Shown here one piece after another: positions 47,371-55,534 of a stretch of DNA of 64,000 bases (position 1 is its first letter; each line of letters begins with the position of its first letter). The position numbers were made by a program, and so were the translations under genes. Below the pieces are notes generated by a model. The model saw nothing but the letters and a program-made list of their open reading frames with translations, made no database searches and was not told the DNA's origin. This DNA comes from Patescibacteria group bacterium (GTDB lineage: Bacteria > Patescibacteriota > Patescibacteriia > UBA1558 > GWA2-36-10), in the NCBI GenBank assembly GCA_028718865.1, contig JAQUKX010000001.1:67-64066 (forward strand), read 5' to 3'.

Positions 47371-48708
47371 TTATTCCGGCAATTTAGCCGGCACACTAGA
47401 AGCCGACACTTGCCCTACCTCCGCGCTCAAATCATCAATAATATTAGGATCTATAGTATCGTGGCTTTGAATGGCTTTTCTTAACTCTTCCAAAATTGCA
47501 TCTGCCTTGTCATAACTTTCTTTGATCTGATAAATCTTTTCAAAAGCATCTCGCAAAAATCCTTCTTCCATCAGCTCTTTTGCTTCTTGCAAAATCCGAA
47601 CTTCTTCCGCTGATTCTTTGATGCCTTGGACATCCTTGATTCTCTCGCCGATATTATTGAGCTGTATTGGCTCTTTTTCCAAAACAACTGGCTGAGTGCT
47701 GGAAGCAGCTTCACTGGATACTACTTCAGCTCTTTGCTTCATCTCGTCTATCTTAGAGCCAGCATCAGCGATTTCCGATTCTACTATTTCCCTGACCAAT
47801 TTGTTCAATTTCTCCAAATCACTATTGCCCAAGCCCATTTTCTTTATCATTTCTGCCGTACTGGTCTCATTGATTATCTGCCTAGCGATCTCATTGGTGT
47901 CAGGCTGATTATCGGCTGATTGTCCGGCAACCAGAGCTGCCAGAAGCGCTTCTTCTTGTATTTTTATAGCCAGACCGACTGCCGAACGCTTGACTCCCTC
48001 ACTCACTTCTCTAGCTCCAGATAAAGTCAGTTGTATTTCCGGATTATTGACTGCCTGAATCGCCTTGGCTTTGGCATCTAAAGAAGATGACACTTGTTTG
48101 CTGGATTGAGCTATTTTTTTGATAAGCTCTACCGCTTCTACGGGAGATTTTTGCTCTTTGACAATCTGTAGCGAACTATCTACCGCTGTGACATCTCTTT
48201 CTAAGTGCCTAACCGCTTCTCTGATGGCTTTTTCTTTTCTTTCGCTTTTCTGCTCGCTGTTGTTTTCTGTCTGTAGAATTTTGTCTATCTCACTCAATCT
48301 TTCATTGACATGTTTGAAATAAATTTCTGCTTCCTGACTGGAGCTGCGAGCCAGAGAAAGCTCTACCTTTTCCATAGAGCGCTTGACCGGCCAAAGCGGC
48401 TGTCCGGGCACTGATGCCTGCGCTCCCAGTCGCAATCCAAAGCCCAAGCTCAAAACCAAAAATACTGCCACCACCCGAGTAAAGGAAAATGACAGTCTGC
48501 TCAAAAATGACGTAAAAAATAAATCAGCCTTTTGGGAAAAAGGAGTTTCTGCTTGGCGCATCAGCTTGCTTTGGGAAGCAATCTCTGACAGCAGCTCATA
48601 TTTTGTTTTGGCTGCCCAGTTTTTATCCGGCTGAAGCTCCGGCATATTTTTCAACTGGGAAATTTTTCTAGTCAAACTCATTTTGAGTTGTTTATTGCTT
48701 TTGATCAA
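47371..48708 (-). CDS. Putative anti-sigma factor with DUF5667-like domain
   Basis: Directly downstream of and overlapping the ECF sigma gene; one TM then AQASVPGQPLWPVKRSMEK...ERLSE; alternative start ATG 48681. Confidence 0.65.
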   Translation of the reverse strand: MIKSNKQLKMSLTRKISQLKNMPELQPDKNWAAKTKYELLSEIASQSKLMRQAETPFSQKADLFFTSFLSRLSFSFTRVVAVFLVLSLGFGLRLGAQASVPGQPLWPVKRSMEKVELSLARSSSQEAEIYFKHVNERLSEIDKILQTENNSEQKSERKEKAIREAVRHLERDVTAVDSSLQIVKEQKSPVEAVELIKKIAQSSKQVSSSLDAKAKAIQAVNNPEIQLTLSGAREVSEGVKRSAVGLAIKIQEEALLAALVAGQSADNQPDTNEIARQIINETSTAEMIKKMGLGNSDLEKLNKLVREIVESEIADAGSKIDEMKQRAEVVSSEAASSTQPVVLEKEPIQLNNIGERIKDVQGIKESAEEVRILQEAKELMEEGFLRDAFEKIYQIKESYDKADAILEELRKAIQSHDTIDPNIIDDLSAEVGQVSASSVPAKLPE

Positions 48709-49249
48709 TTAAGCTCTTGAGTTTATTAAGGGCTCTATGGAGAGTAACGCTGATATTATTTTTTTCTTTTTGCATAATATCGGCTATCTCCTCTATACTC
48801 AATCCTTCCAAATAGCGCAGGAGCAACACTTCTTGATAGTCCGGATTGAGTTGTTTTATTTTTTCCAAAAGAACCTGACTGTCTATTTTTTTATCCAGAG
48901 CCGCGCCCTGGTCAGTGGCAGTAGCATCTTCTTTTTCCTCTATATATTCTAGCGGCAATTCCTGATTATTGTTTTGGCGGTAGTGATCAACTACGGAGTT
49001 ATAAGCTATTCTGAAGATAAAGGCCTGAAAGCTTTTGATTTCCTTTTTGTCTACCAAATGCTGCCAGGTTTTTAGAAAAATCTCCTGCGTCAAATCCTCA
49101 GCTACTTGCTTATCCGATACTTTTATTAAGACAAAACGGTAAATGTTATCTACATATTTATCATAAAAAAATGCAAAGGCATCAGAGTCGCCGGCTTTGA
49201 GCTTTAGAAAAGCTATTTTTTCTTTTAAACTACTTTTTACACTCTTCAT
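48692..49249 (-). CDS. ECF (sigma-70 family) RNA polymerase sigma factor
   Basis: GDSDAF..FYDKY..IYRF, AEDLTQEIFLKTW, FIFRIAYNSVVDHYR, region 4 LRYLEGLSIEEIADIM. Confidence 0.95.
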   Translation of the reverse strand: MKSVKSSLKEKIAFLKLKAGDSDAFAFFYDKYVDNIYRFVLIKVSDKQVAEDLTQEIFLKTWQHLVDKKEIKSFQAFIFRIAYNSVVDHYRQNNNQELPLEYIEEKEDATATDQGAALDKKIDSQVLLEKIKQLNPDYQEVLLLRYLEGLSIEEIADIMQKEKNNISVTLHRALNKLKSLIDQKQ

Positions 49250-49256
49250 AAATACA

Positions 49257-49282
49257 GACGGGAAATTGCCTAAAATATTACA
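49257..49282 (-). promoter_or_regulatory. Putative ECF autoregulatory promoter
   Basis: Minus strand TGTAAT-N16-CGTC, 7 nt before the sigma ATG. Confidence 0.55.
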
Positions 49283-49385
49283 CTTTTACGAGCTAAATTA
49301 CAATTGACTATTTATTGGCTAACCTTAAATAAATAAAAAAACGTGATTACGCTTTTGTTTTAACCCCTGATTACAAAGTCAGCAA

Positions 49386-49414
49386 ATTATAACATTTTCA
49401 TTCATGAATGTAAA
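49386..49414 (-). promoter_or_regulatory. Putative sigma70 promoter of the ECF operon
   Basis: Minus strand TTTACA-N17-TATAAT with extended -10 TG. Confidence 0.65.
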
Positions 49415-49433
49415 GAAAAAGCTTATTGTTTTC

Positions 49434-49560
49434 TGTCATTCTGGAGGGAGTCGGGCACGTGCCCGACGACCGATAGAATCTACTTGTCATTCTGGAGCGA
49501 ACGCAGTGAGCGATAGAATCCACCATTGTCCCTACCTCAAAGCATCAAGCGATAGAATCC
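49434..49560 (+). repeat. REP-like repeat cluster 8
   Basis: Long-stem variant at 49434 (GTCGGGCACGTGCCCGAC), GCA-loop variant at 49485, degenerate unit. Confidence 0.9.
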
Positions 49561-49580
49561 CTTTGTAATTCCCTCTTTAT

Positions 49581-49609
49581 TTGCTTAAAGGTGTAGAATA
49601 GTCTATACT
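49581..49609 (+). promoter_or_regulatory. Putative sigma70 promoter of the HTH gene
   Basis: TTGCTT-N17-TATACT. Confidence 0.55.
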
Positions 49610-49640
49610 TAAATCTTATTTTATAAATAAAAAACAAAAA

Positions 49641-49931
49641 ATGGAAAATATAATCAGAGTATCAGTATCAGAAGCCGCTCGGCTTTTTGGCGTATCTAGC
49701 AAAACCATCCGTCAAGCCATCAAAGACCAAAAGCTAAAATATATAGTGGTATCTGGCCGCTATAAAATAAACTTTTCTTCTTTGCTAAGCTGGTCGCAAA
49801 ACTCAAGCCGCCGCCGTAATCTCCTAAAAAATCAAGGCCTAGGGCAATATGTAGATAAGTGGGAGATAAAAAATAAAAAATATAGTCCTGATATCCGGCT
49901 AGCTGCTAAAAATAAGCAGCTGCCAAAATAG
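49641..49931 (+). CDS. Helix-turn-helix DNA-binding protein (excisionase/HTH_17-like)
   Basis: VSVSEAARLFGVSSKTIRQAIKDQKL...GRYKI. Confidence 0.8.
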   Translation: MENIIRVSVSEAARLFGVSSKTIRQAIKDQKLKYIVVSGRYKINFSSLLSWSQNSSRRRNLLKNQGLGQYVDKWEIKNKKYSPDIRLAAKNKQLPK

Positions 49932-49935
49932 AAAA

Positions 49936-51039
49936 TTACAAAGCTACTTCCAAATCCATTTCCGTATTATTGCGCAAAATCTTGATAATCACTTTGTCGC
50001 CCGGACGATAATTTTGCAGTAATGCGGTCAGAGACCGGCTAGGCGCAATCAAATCATTATTGACTGCCAAGACCACGTCCCCTGCTCTTATTCCAGCTCG
50101 AGCCCCCGGCAAATTGGCTTCCACTGATCTAAGCTGGGGACGGAAAATCAAATTGCCTTTTCTGTCATCAAAACTACTGTTGTTTTCCATGTCCACGTAA
50201 CGCAAGCCTAATTTCGGCCTATCAATATCATTGAGCAAATTGCGCACTGCTTGGCGCAAATAAGGCGCCGGAATCAAGGCTGTTTTTTGATTGGGCAGAC
50301 GATAAACTACGCCCACAAGATAGCCATCAAGGTTGAAATAAGGAGCTGCCAAAGCATCAGCTGACTGGCCGCTAAAATAAGCTATCTGCAAATAATAATC
50401 TAATTTGTCCGAGTACAAATATCTATCCGGATAATAATTCTTGTTTTGCAGAAAAGCCAAATCCAATGAATGTTCCAAACTGTTAGCCAAATCTCGCCAG
50501 CCAAAAATCTTTTCTCCAGCATAAACATTATCGCTAAGCTGAAAATTGAGAGGCAACAAAGAATCAGCACCTATTTTGGCAAAAACCGCCCCGCTAAAAT
50601 CATCTTTTTTTATCTGTTCTATGGCATGAATCTTGCCATTTAAGGCTATTCTTTCTGTGCCGTCTTTGATGACCTGATCACTGCTCAATAGCCAGCCATC
50701 GGAAGTAATCACTGAAGCTGACCCTAAAAAATCGTCAGCTGACAAGAGCTCCTGCCCCAATCCGGCCACTGGAGAACTTATTTTGTAGACACCGGCAATG
50801 CTTTTTTGGTTTTTATTGACCAAATGAACCAAGGGCTGATCTACAACTATGCGCACGCTCTCCGGAGCATTGATAAAATTAAAAGAGCCGGACTGATCTG
50901 GAGATAGCAATAATTTGCCCAAAAAAGCACCGCTCAGACCAGCGATAATCGCCACCGCCACTATCAATAAATACATATTCAATGAAAAAGGCGGCTGCTC
51001 ATTGGTCGGTCTCTCAAAATGTGATTTTCTCTCTTCCAT
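49936..51039 (-). CDS. HtrA-like trypsin-fold + PDZ protein, catalytic triad degenerate
   Basis: TM; GSASVITSDGWLLS; PYFNLDGYLVGV; PDZ PGARAGIRAGDVVLAVN. Confidence 0.8.
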   Translation of the reverse strand: MEERKSHFERPTNEQPPFSLNMYLLIVAVAIIAGLSGAFLGKLLLSPDQSGSFNFINAPESVRIVVDQPLVHLVNKNQKSIAGVYKISSPVAGLGQELLSADDFLGSASVITSDGWLLSSDQVIKDGTERIALNGKIHAIEQIKKDDFSGAVFAKIGADSLLPLNFQLSDNVYAGEKIFGWRDLANSLEHSLDLAFLQNKNYYPDRYLYSDKLDYYLQIAYFSGQSADALAAPYFNLDGYLVGVVYRLPNQKTALIPAPYLRQAVRNLLNDIDRPKLGLRYVDMENNSSFDDRKGNLIFRPQLRSVEANLPGARAGIRAGDVVLAVNNDLIAPSRSLTALLQNYRPGDKVIIKILRNNTEMDLEVAL

Positions 51040-51049
51040 AATATTTTAT

Positions 51050-51772
51050 TTAAAAAATAGAGCTAACTAATAATACTATAAAGCTAAGCAAAAATAAACC
51101 CAAATACCAGCGAAATAAAGACAAGCGCCCCAAAAGGCTCTCTAGGATAAAAAACATAAAAATTGTCAAAGTCGTACCCAGAACATAGAAGCTAAGTGGC
51201 AGCAAATAAATAGCACTAGCTGCCTGCAAGAGCAAAAAAGACGTAAACAAGGCCGGCAACAAGACCCCGCCTTCCCTCAATTTTATTATTTCTCTAGCCC
51301 AGAAAAAAGCCGCTAAAGAAAAAATCAACAAAGCATTGAAAATGGAAAAATTGAGAAAGAAAACAAAAGAATAAAAAGCAACCGACAAAAACCAAAACGA
51401 TAAATAATAAAAAAACTTGTTGAAAGAAAGATATTCGCGGTTTTCCATCACTCGCCGGCTGTCAAAATGCTTTTTTAAAAACCACCAAAGTACCAGCCAT
51501 AAAAAAGCAAAAATCAAAGCTAGCCAATAACGCAAAGCAACCGAGCTCAAAAGCAGTAGAAATAAAAGCTGGGATAAATAAGCTAAAGACAAGTTTAACC
51601 AAAGATTTTTGAAGCTAAAAAAATAATGCCTGGCAATTATTTGGCCGCTTAGCAAAATTACTATTAAAGAAAAACCTAAAACCCACCAAAAACCGGTCCG
51701 GCTATAGAAAAAAAACCAAAAAGCGGACAAAAGTAATAAGGGATTAATAAAAATTACCAAATATCTAGTCAT
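51050..51772 (-). CDS. Hypothetical polytopic membrane protein
   Basis: About 8-9 hydrophobic segments; co-oriented with 4-10 bp spacing. Confidence 0.7.
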   Translation of the reverse strand: MTRYLVIFINPLLLLSAFWFFFYSRTGFWWVLGFSLIVILLSGQIIARHYFFSFKNLWLNLSLAYLSQLLFLLLLSSVALRYWLALIFAFLWLVLWWFLKKHFDSRRVMENREYLSFNKFFYYLSFWFLSVAFYSFVFFLNFSIFNALLIFSLAAFFWAREIIKLREGGVLLPALFTSFLLLQAASAIYLLPLSFYVLGTTLTIFMFFILESLLGRLSLFRWYLGLFLLSFIVLLVSSIF

Positions 51773-51776
51773 TTTT

Positions 51777-52097
51777 TTATTGAAACAAAGATTCGCCTTC
51801 TAGCTTGTGCCAGTCATCAGCACTATCTGACCATTGCCAAAGCTCCAAATAACTGACTGTCTCATCAGGCGAATAAACATAATCCACCTTGACGCCCGAA
51901 CCGGCCCGATTGGAATACATGGTTTTTTTATCCAGTAGCTTGGGCTTGGTGATGAATTTGAGCTTGATCTTGCCCTGCGGACCGACAAACTCCAGAACCT
52001 CAGCTGCGCCTGGATCAAGCTCTTCTTGATACTGGTCAATAATTTTAAAATTATTTTTGACCTGTATTTTTATTTCCTGCCAACGCTCTTTGGTCAT
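51777..52097 (-). CDS. Hypothetical protein
   Basis: ATG-started ORF that fits exactly between its neighbours. Confidence 0.7.
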   Translation of the reverse strand: MTKERWQEIKIQVKNNFKIIDQYQEELDPGAAEVLEFVGPQGKIKLKFITKPKLLDKKTMYSNRAGSGVKVDYVYSPDETVSYLELWQWSDSADDWHKLEGESLFQ

Positions 52098-52114
52098 GGC
52101 TTTATAATTAATAA

Positions 52115-52594
52115 TTATTTTATCATACGATAATCTAAACCCTTTAAATTTATTATATCACCTTTTTCAATATTGAGCCTGTCAATTGTTCCAGCCACTA
52201 CTTCCAAAACCAGATTAACTGGCACTGGCGAAACATATCTCTCCAGGTCATCTTCGTTTGTACCTTGAGCCGGTGGCTGGATATTTTTGGCAAAGCCTAC
52301 TACCTGATTATCTGCCAGCCATAAAATATCAATAGCAAAATTCATATCTTTCATCCAAAAACTCCTCACTTGATAATCAGGAAAAACAAAGAGCATGGCC
52401 TGATCAGGCGCCAAAGCCGGCCGACCGGATAAGCCTATAGACCATTGCCCAGGATCACTGGCAATGACCAAATCAAAGATCTGACCCTTTATTTCCGCTC
52501 TGGCCTCCGATGGCGACTGCCACTGCAAGCCAAGCCAAAAAAACAATAAAAACAGCAATAAAGCCAGTATTAATATTTTAAGGAATTTTTTCAT
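52115..52594 (-). CDS. DUF192 family protein
   Basis: GLSGR, MLFVF, FWMKDMNFAIDILW, VLEVVAG; ATG at 52594 preferred. Confidence 0.88.
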   Translation of the reverse strand: MKKFLKILILALLLFLLFFWLGLQWQSPSEARAEIKGQIFDLVIASDPGQWSIGLSGRPALAPDQAMLFVFPDYQVRSFWMKDMNFAIDILWLADNQVVGFAKNIQPPAQGTNEDDLERYVSPVPVNLVLEVVAGTIDRLNIEKGDIINLKGLDYRMIK

Positions 52595-53660
52595 GTGGTT
52601 TTCGTAGCTTCCGATTAAGCCAGATATTGAGACCAAGCATAAAAATCAGCAACAATGCCAAGGCGCTGATTTTGGTCTTGGTGGTAAGCAAAAGTGCTGT
52701 CAGGCCAAAGCACAAGCTAATAGCACTCATAAAAAGCACTGAGCGGCGCTGGCCTAGACCAGCTCGCAACAGGCGAAAATGCAGATGCTCGTTGTCCCCT
52801 TGCCAAATCGGCCGGCCCTGCTGCCAGCGCCGCACCATTACCCAGACAATATCCAAAACCGGCAAGCCCATCACCAGCAAAGCAGTAGCGATTTTTGAGC
52901 CAGAAACTATGGCCAATACTGCCAAGGAAAAACCAATAAAAGTACTACCCCCTTCTCCTAAAAAAATATTGGCTGGGTGCCAATTGAGAAGTAAAAATCC
53001 CAAAATAGCCCCCGCCAAAGCCAGAGACAAAACAGAAGTGGTAGAACCAACCACATCCCAGGATAAACTGACAAAAAATATAACCAAAGCAGCAATAGTG
53101 CCTATACTGCCTACTAAGCCGTCTAAGCCGTCTAAAAGCTTGGTGGTATAAGTCATGCCCAAAAGCCAAAAAAAGGTCAAAAACAAAGGAATAAGAGCCG
53201 ATAAAAAGCTACCAGAGGCAAAGATCTTGTCCAAATAAAGCACGCCTCCGTCCGGGTGGGTAATGTAACTGATTTTCAAACCAGAAGCCATGACTATCCC
53301 TACTGCTGATAAGGGTCCCAAAATACTCCACTTAGGGGTCAATTTATATTTGTCGTCCAAAAAACCGCTAAAAATCAAAACTGCTCCCGCCACAAAAAAC
53401 CAAAATATCAACCAAGGGTCAATGCGAGAATCCAGCAAAAAACCTCTTTGCCACATGAAAACAGCAGCCAAAAGTAAAGTCGAATAAATCGCCAAACCGC
53501 CCAGCAAAGGCACGGGCTTTTTGTGTATTTTGATGTTAAAATCCGGCTGGTCAAAAATCTTCAATTTGGCCGCCAGATAAATAACCAACTTGGTAAGTAA
53601 AAATGACAAAACAACACTAAGCAGAAAAATCAAAATCAAATTGGGATAATTGCTAATCAT
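52578..53660 (-). CDS. MraY/WecA (TagO)-family polyprenyl-phosphate HexNAc-1-P transferase
   Basis: KIHKKPVPLLGGLAI, GFLDD, LDGLDGL, NWHPANIFLGEGGS, HLHFRL. Confidence 0.9.
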   Translation of the reverse strand: MISNYPNLILIFLLSVVLSFLLTKLVIYLAAKLKIFDQPDFNIKIHKKPVPLLGGLAIYSTLLLAAVFMWQRGFLLDSRIDPWLIFWFFVAGAVLIFSGFLDDKYKLTPKWSILGPLSAVGIVMASGLKISYITHPDGGVLYLDKIFASGSFLSALIPLFLTFFWLLGMTYTTKLLDGLDGLVGSIGTIAALVIFFVSLSWDVVGSTTSVLSLALAGAILGFLLLNWHPANIFLGEGGSTFIGFSLAVLAIVSGSKIATALLVMGLPVLDIVWVMVRRWQQGRPIWQGDNEHLHFRLLRAGLGQRRSVLFMSAISLCFGLTALLLTTKTKISALALLLIFMLGLNIWLNRKLRKPHEKIP

Positions 53661-54039
53661 TTTTACTCAAAAAAGAATCCAAAATAGCTGCGGCCGCATG
53701 CTTATCAATGTCTTTTTTTACATTTTGCCGCTGATAAAGGCGGGAACTAAACTGCTCATTGACAGTTTCCACTGGCAAGTCAAAATTGTCTTTGAGCCAA
53801 GCCAAAAAATCAACTGTAATACGATAACGCTCATTTTCCTTGCCAGACAAAGACAAGGGCAGACCCAAAACCAAACGGCTGATGTTATTTTCTTTGATTA
53901 TTTCTTTGATTTGTTTGAGTAAATCTTGACGGCCGCGATTGCCAATCACCTTGTAAGGCAAAGCTAAACTGCCTACCTCGGCCAAAGCCAGACCAATACG
54001 CTTGTCGCCATAATCAATTCCTAAAATATTTTCTCTCAT
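53653..54039 (-). CDS. ruvX: YqgF/RuvX family nuclease (pre-16S rRNA processing)
   Basis: ILGIDYGDKRIGLA, VLGLP, NEQFSS, DKHAAAAIL. Confidence 0.92.
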   Translation of the reverse strand: MRENILGIDYGDKRIGLALAEVGSLALPYKVIGNRGRQDLLKQIKEIIKENNISRLVLGLPLSLSGKENERYRITVDFLAWLKDNFDLPVETVNEQFSSRLYQRQNVKKDIDKHAAAAILDSFLSKND

Positions 54040-54042
54040 AAG

Positions 54043-54792
54043 TTACTTTTGAGTCAATATCAGACAGCCATTTTCGGTCACTGCTACTGAATGCTCAAAG
54101 TGAGCTGTCAGGCTGCCGTCTCTGGCTTTGATATCCCAATTATTTTCTGCTGTAAGCACTCGATAATCGCCGCCCAAGGTTATCATTGGCTCAATTGCCA
54201 AAACCATTCCGGCAAACATTTTTGCCGTCTTAGAGCGAGTATCATAATTGGGCACAGTTGGATTTTCATGTATAGCTCGACCCACGCCATGCCCGGCTAA
54301 ATCCCTTACTATACCATAGCCAAGCGGCTGGATAAATTTCTCTATAGCTCGGCCTATGTCGCCGATTTCCTTACCTGGTTTTATTTGGGATAGGCCTATA
54401 CTCAAAGCTTTTTTGGCTGCCAGCAAAAGATCCTGAGCAGCTTGGCTGATGTTTCCCACTCCCACAGTCAAAGCCATATCAGTATAAAGACCTTTGTACT
54501 CCAAGCCCAAATCTAGACCAACCAAATCCCCCTCTTGAAAAGGTTTATCACTAGGTATGCCATGCACCACTGTATCATTGACCGAAACGCAAAGGGTACT
54601 GGGAAAGCCCTTATAATTTTTAAAAGCTGGTCGGCCGCCGGCCTGCTTGATACAGCTTTCGGCCAGCTCATCTAACTCTTGGCCGCTGATACCCGGCTCA
54701 ACTCTAGCGGCCAATTTATGCAAAATGGAAGCCAGAATCGCTCCGCCCTCCTGCAAAATCTCTATTTCTTTGGCTGATTTTTTATCCAGCAT
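54043..54792 (-). CDS. map: Methionine aminopeptidase, type I
   Basis: CVSVNDTVVHGIP, GHGVGRAIHE, AIEPM, AHFEHS. Confidence 0.96.
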   Translation of the reverse strand: MLDKKSAKEIEILQEGGAILASILHKLAARVEPGISGQELDELAESCIKQAGGRPAFKNYKGFPSTLCVSVNDTVVHGIPSDKPFQEGDLVGLDLGLEYKGLYTDMALTVGVGNISQAAQDLLLAAKKALSIGLSQIKPGKEIGDIGRAIEKFIQPLGYGIVRDLAGHGVGRAIHENPTVPNYDTRSKTAKMFAGMVLAIEPMITLGGDYRVLTAENNWDIKARDGSLTAHFEHSVAVTENGCLILTQK

Positions 54793-55429
54793 TTTCTTGC
54801 AAATAACTTACTATATCATGGTTGATAGCGGCTATGCTCTTTTCTCCGTTGAAAAAAACCAATTTGCCTTGCCGGCTGTAGTGTTCTATCAATTGACTGC
54901 TCTGCTCTCTGTATATAGCTAGACGCTTTTTTATAACTTCTTCTTTATCGTCTTCTCGCTGAAATAATTTTGCGCCGCAGACATCACAAAGCTCTCCTTT
55001 GCTTGAAGGCTGATAAACCTGATGAAAGACGTGCCCACTGTCACAAATACGCCGACCGCTAATGCGCCGGACTGCTTCCTGATCGGAAATCTCAATGTTG
55101 AAAACTTTGTCTACCCCACAAGCCAAATCCAAGGCTTCGGCTTGAGCCAAGCTGCGAGGAAAACCATCCAGTAAAAACCCTTTGGAAAAACGCGAGGTTT
55201 TGAGCTCTTCTAAAACCAAAGCAATCACTTGCGGGTCGGGAATAAGCTGGCCTTTGGCCATTTGTTCTTTTATCTGTTGACCCAGAGTGCTGCCTTGTTT
55301 GATAAAATCTTTGAGCACTTGGCTGGCGCTGATAAACTCAATGCCCAAAAAATCAATAATGACTTTGGCTTGAGTGCTTTTGCCCGATCCCTGCGGTCCA
55401 AATAAAACGATTTTTCTGATTTTTTCCAT
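54782..55429 (-). CDS. adk: Adenylate kinase
   Basis: GPQGSGKSTQA, LLDGFPR, LID RRIC...CDVC...QREDD; ATG at 55429 preferred. Confidence 0.94.
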   Translation of the reverse strand: MEKIRKIVLFGPQGSGKSTQAKVIIDFLGIEFISASQVLKDFIKQGSTLGQQIKEQMAKGQLIPDPQVIALVLEELKTSRFSKGFLLDGFPRSLAQAEALDLACGVDKVFNIEISDQEAVRRISGRRICDSGHVFHQVYQPSSKGELCDVCGAKLFQREDDKEEVIKKRLAIYREQSSQLIEHYSRQGKLVFFNGEKSIAAINHDIVSYLQENAG

Positions 55430-55444
55430 AATTTTTACCAATAA

Positions 55445-55473
55445 ATTATAGCAAATCACCCTCTTAAAATCAA
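55445..55473 (-). promoter_or_regulatory. Putative promoter for adk-map-ruvX
   Basis: Minus strand TTGATT-N17-TATAAT with extended -10 TG. Confidence 0.6.
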
Positions 55474-55509
55474 AAGCCCCTTGACATATATATATCTTGG
55501 GGGTTTTGA
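55470..55509 (-). terminator. Possible terminator after secY
   Basis: TCAAAAGCCCC...GGGGGTTTTGA inverted repeat around an (AT)n loop. Confidence 0.45.
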
Positions 55510-55534
55510 AAAAAATAAAAATAAAATAACAGCC

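Noticed and set aside
49641-49931. Excisionase-like HTH as a sign of a prophage or integrative element
   Set aside because: No integrase, att-like site, tRNA or phage gene nearby; flanks are ordinary chromosomal genes
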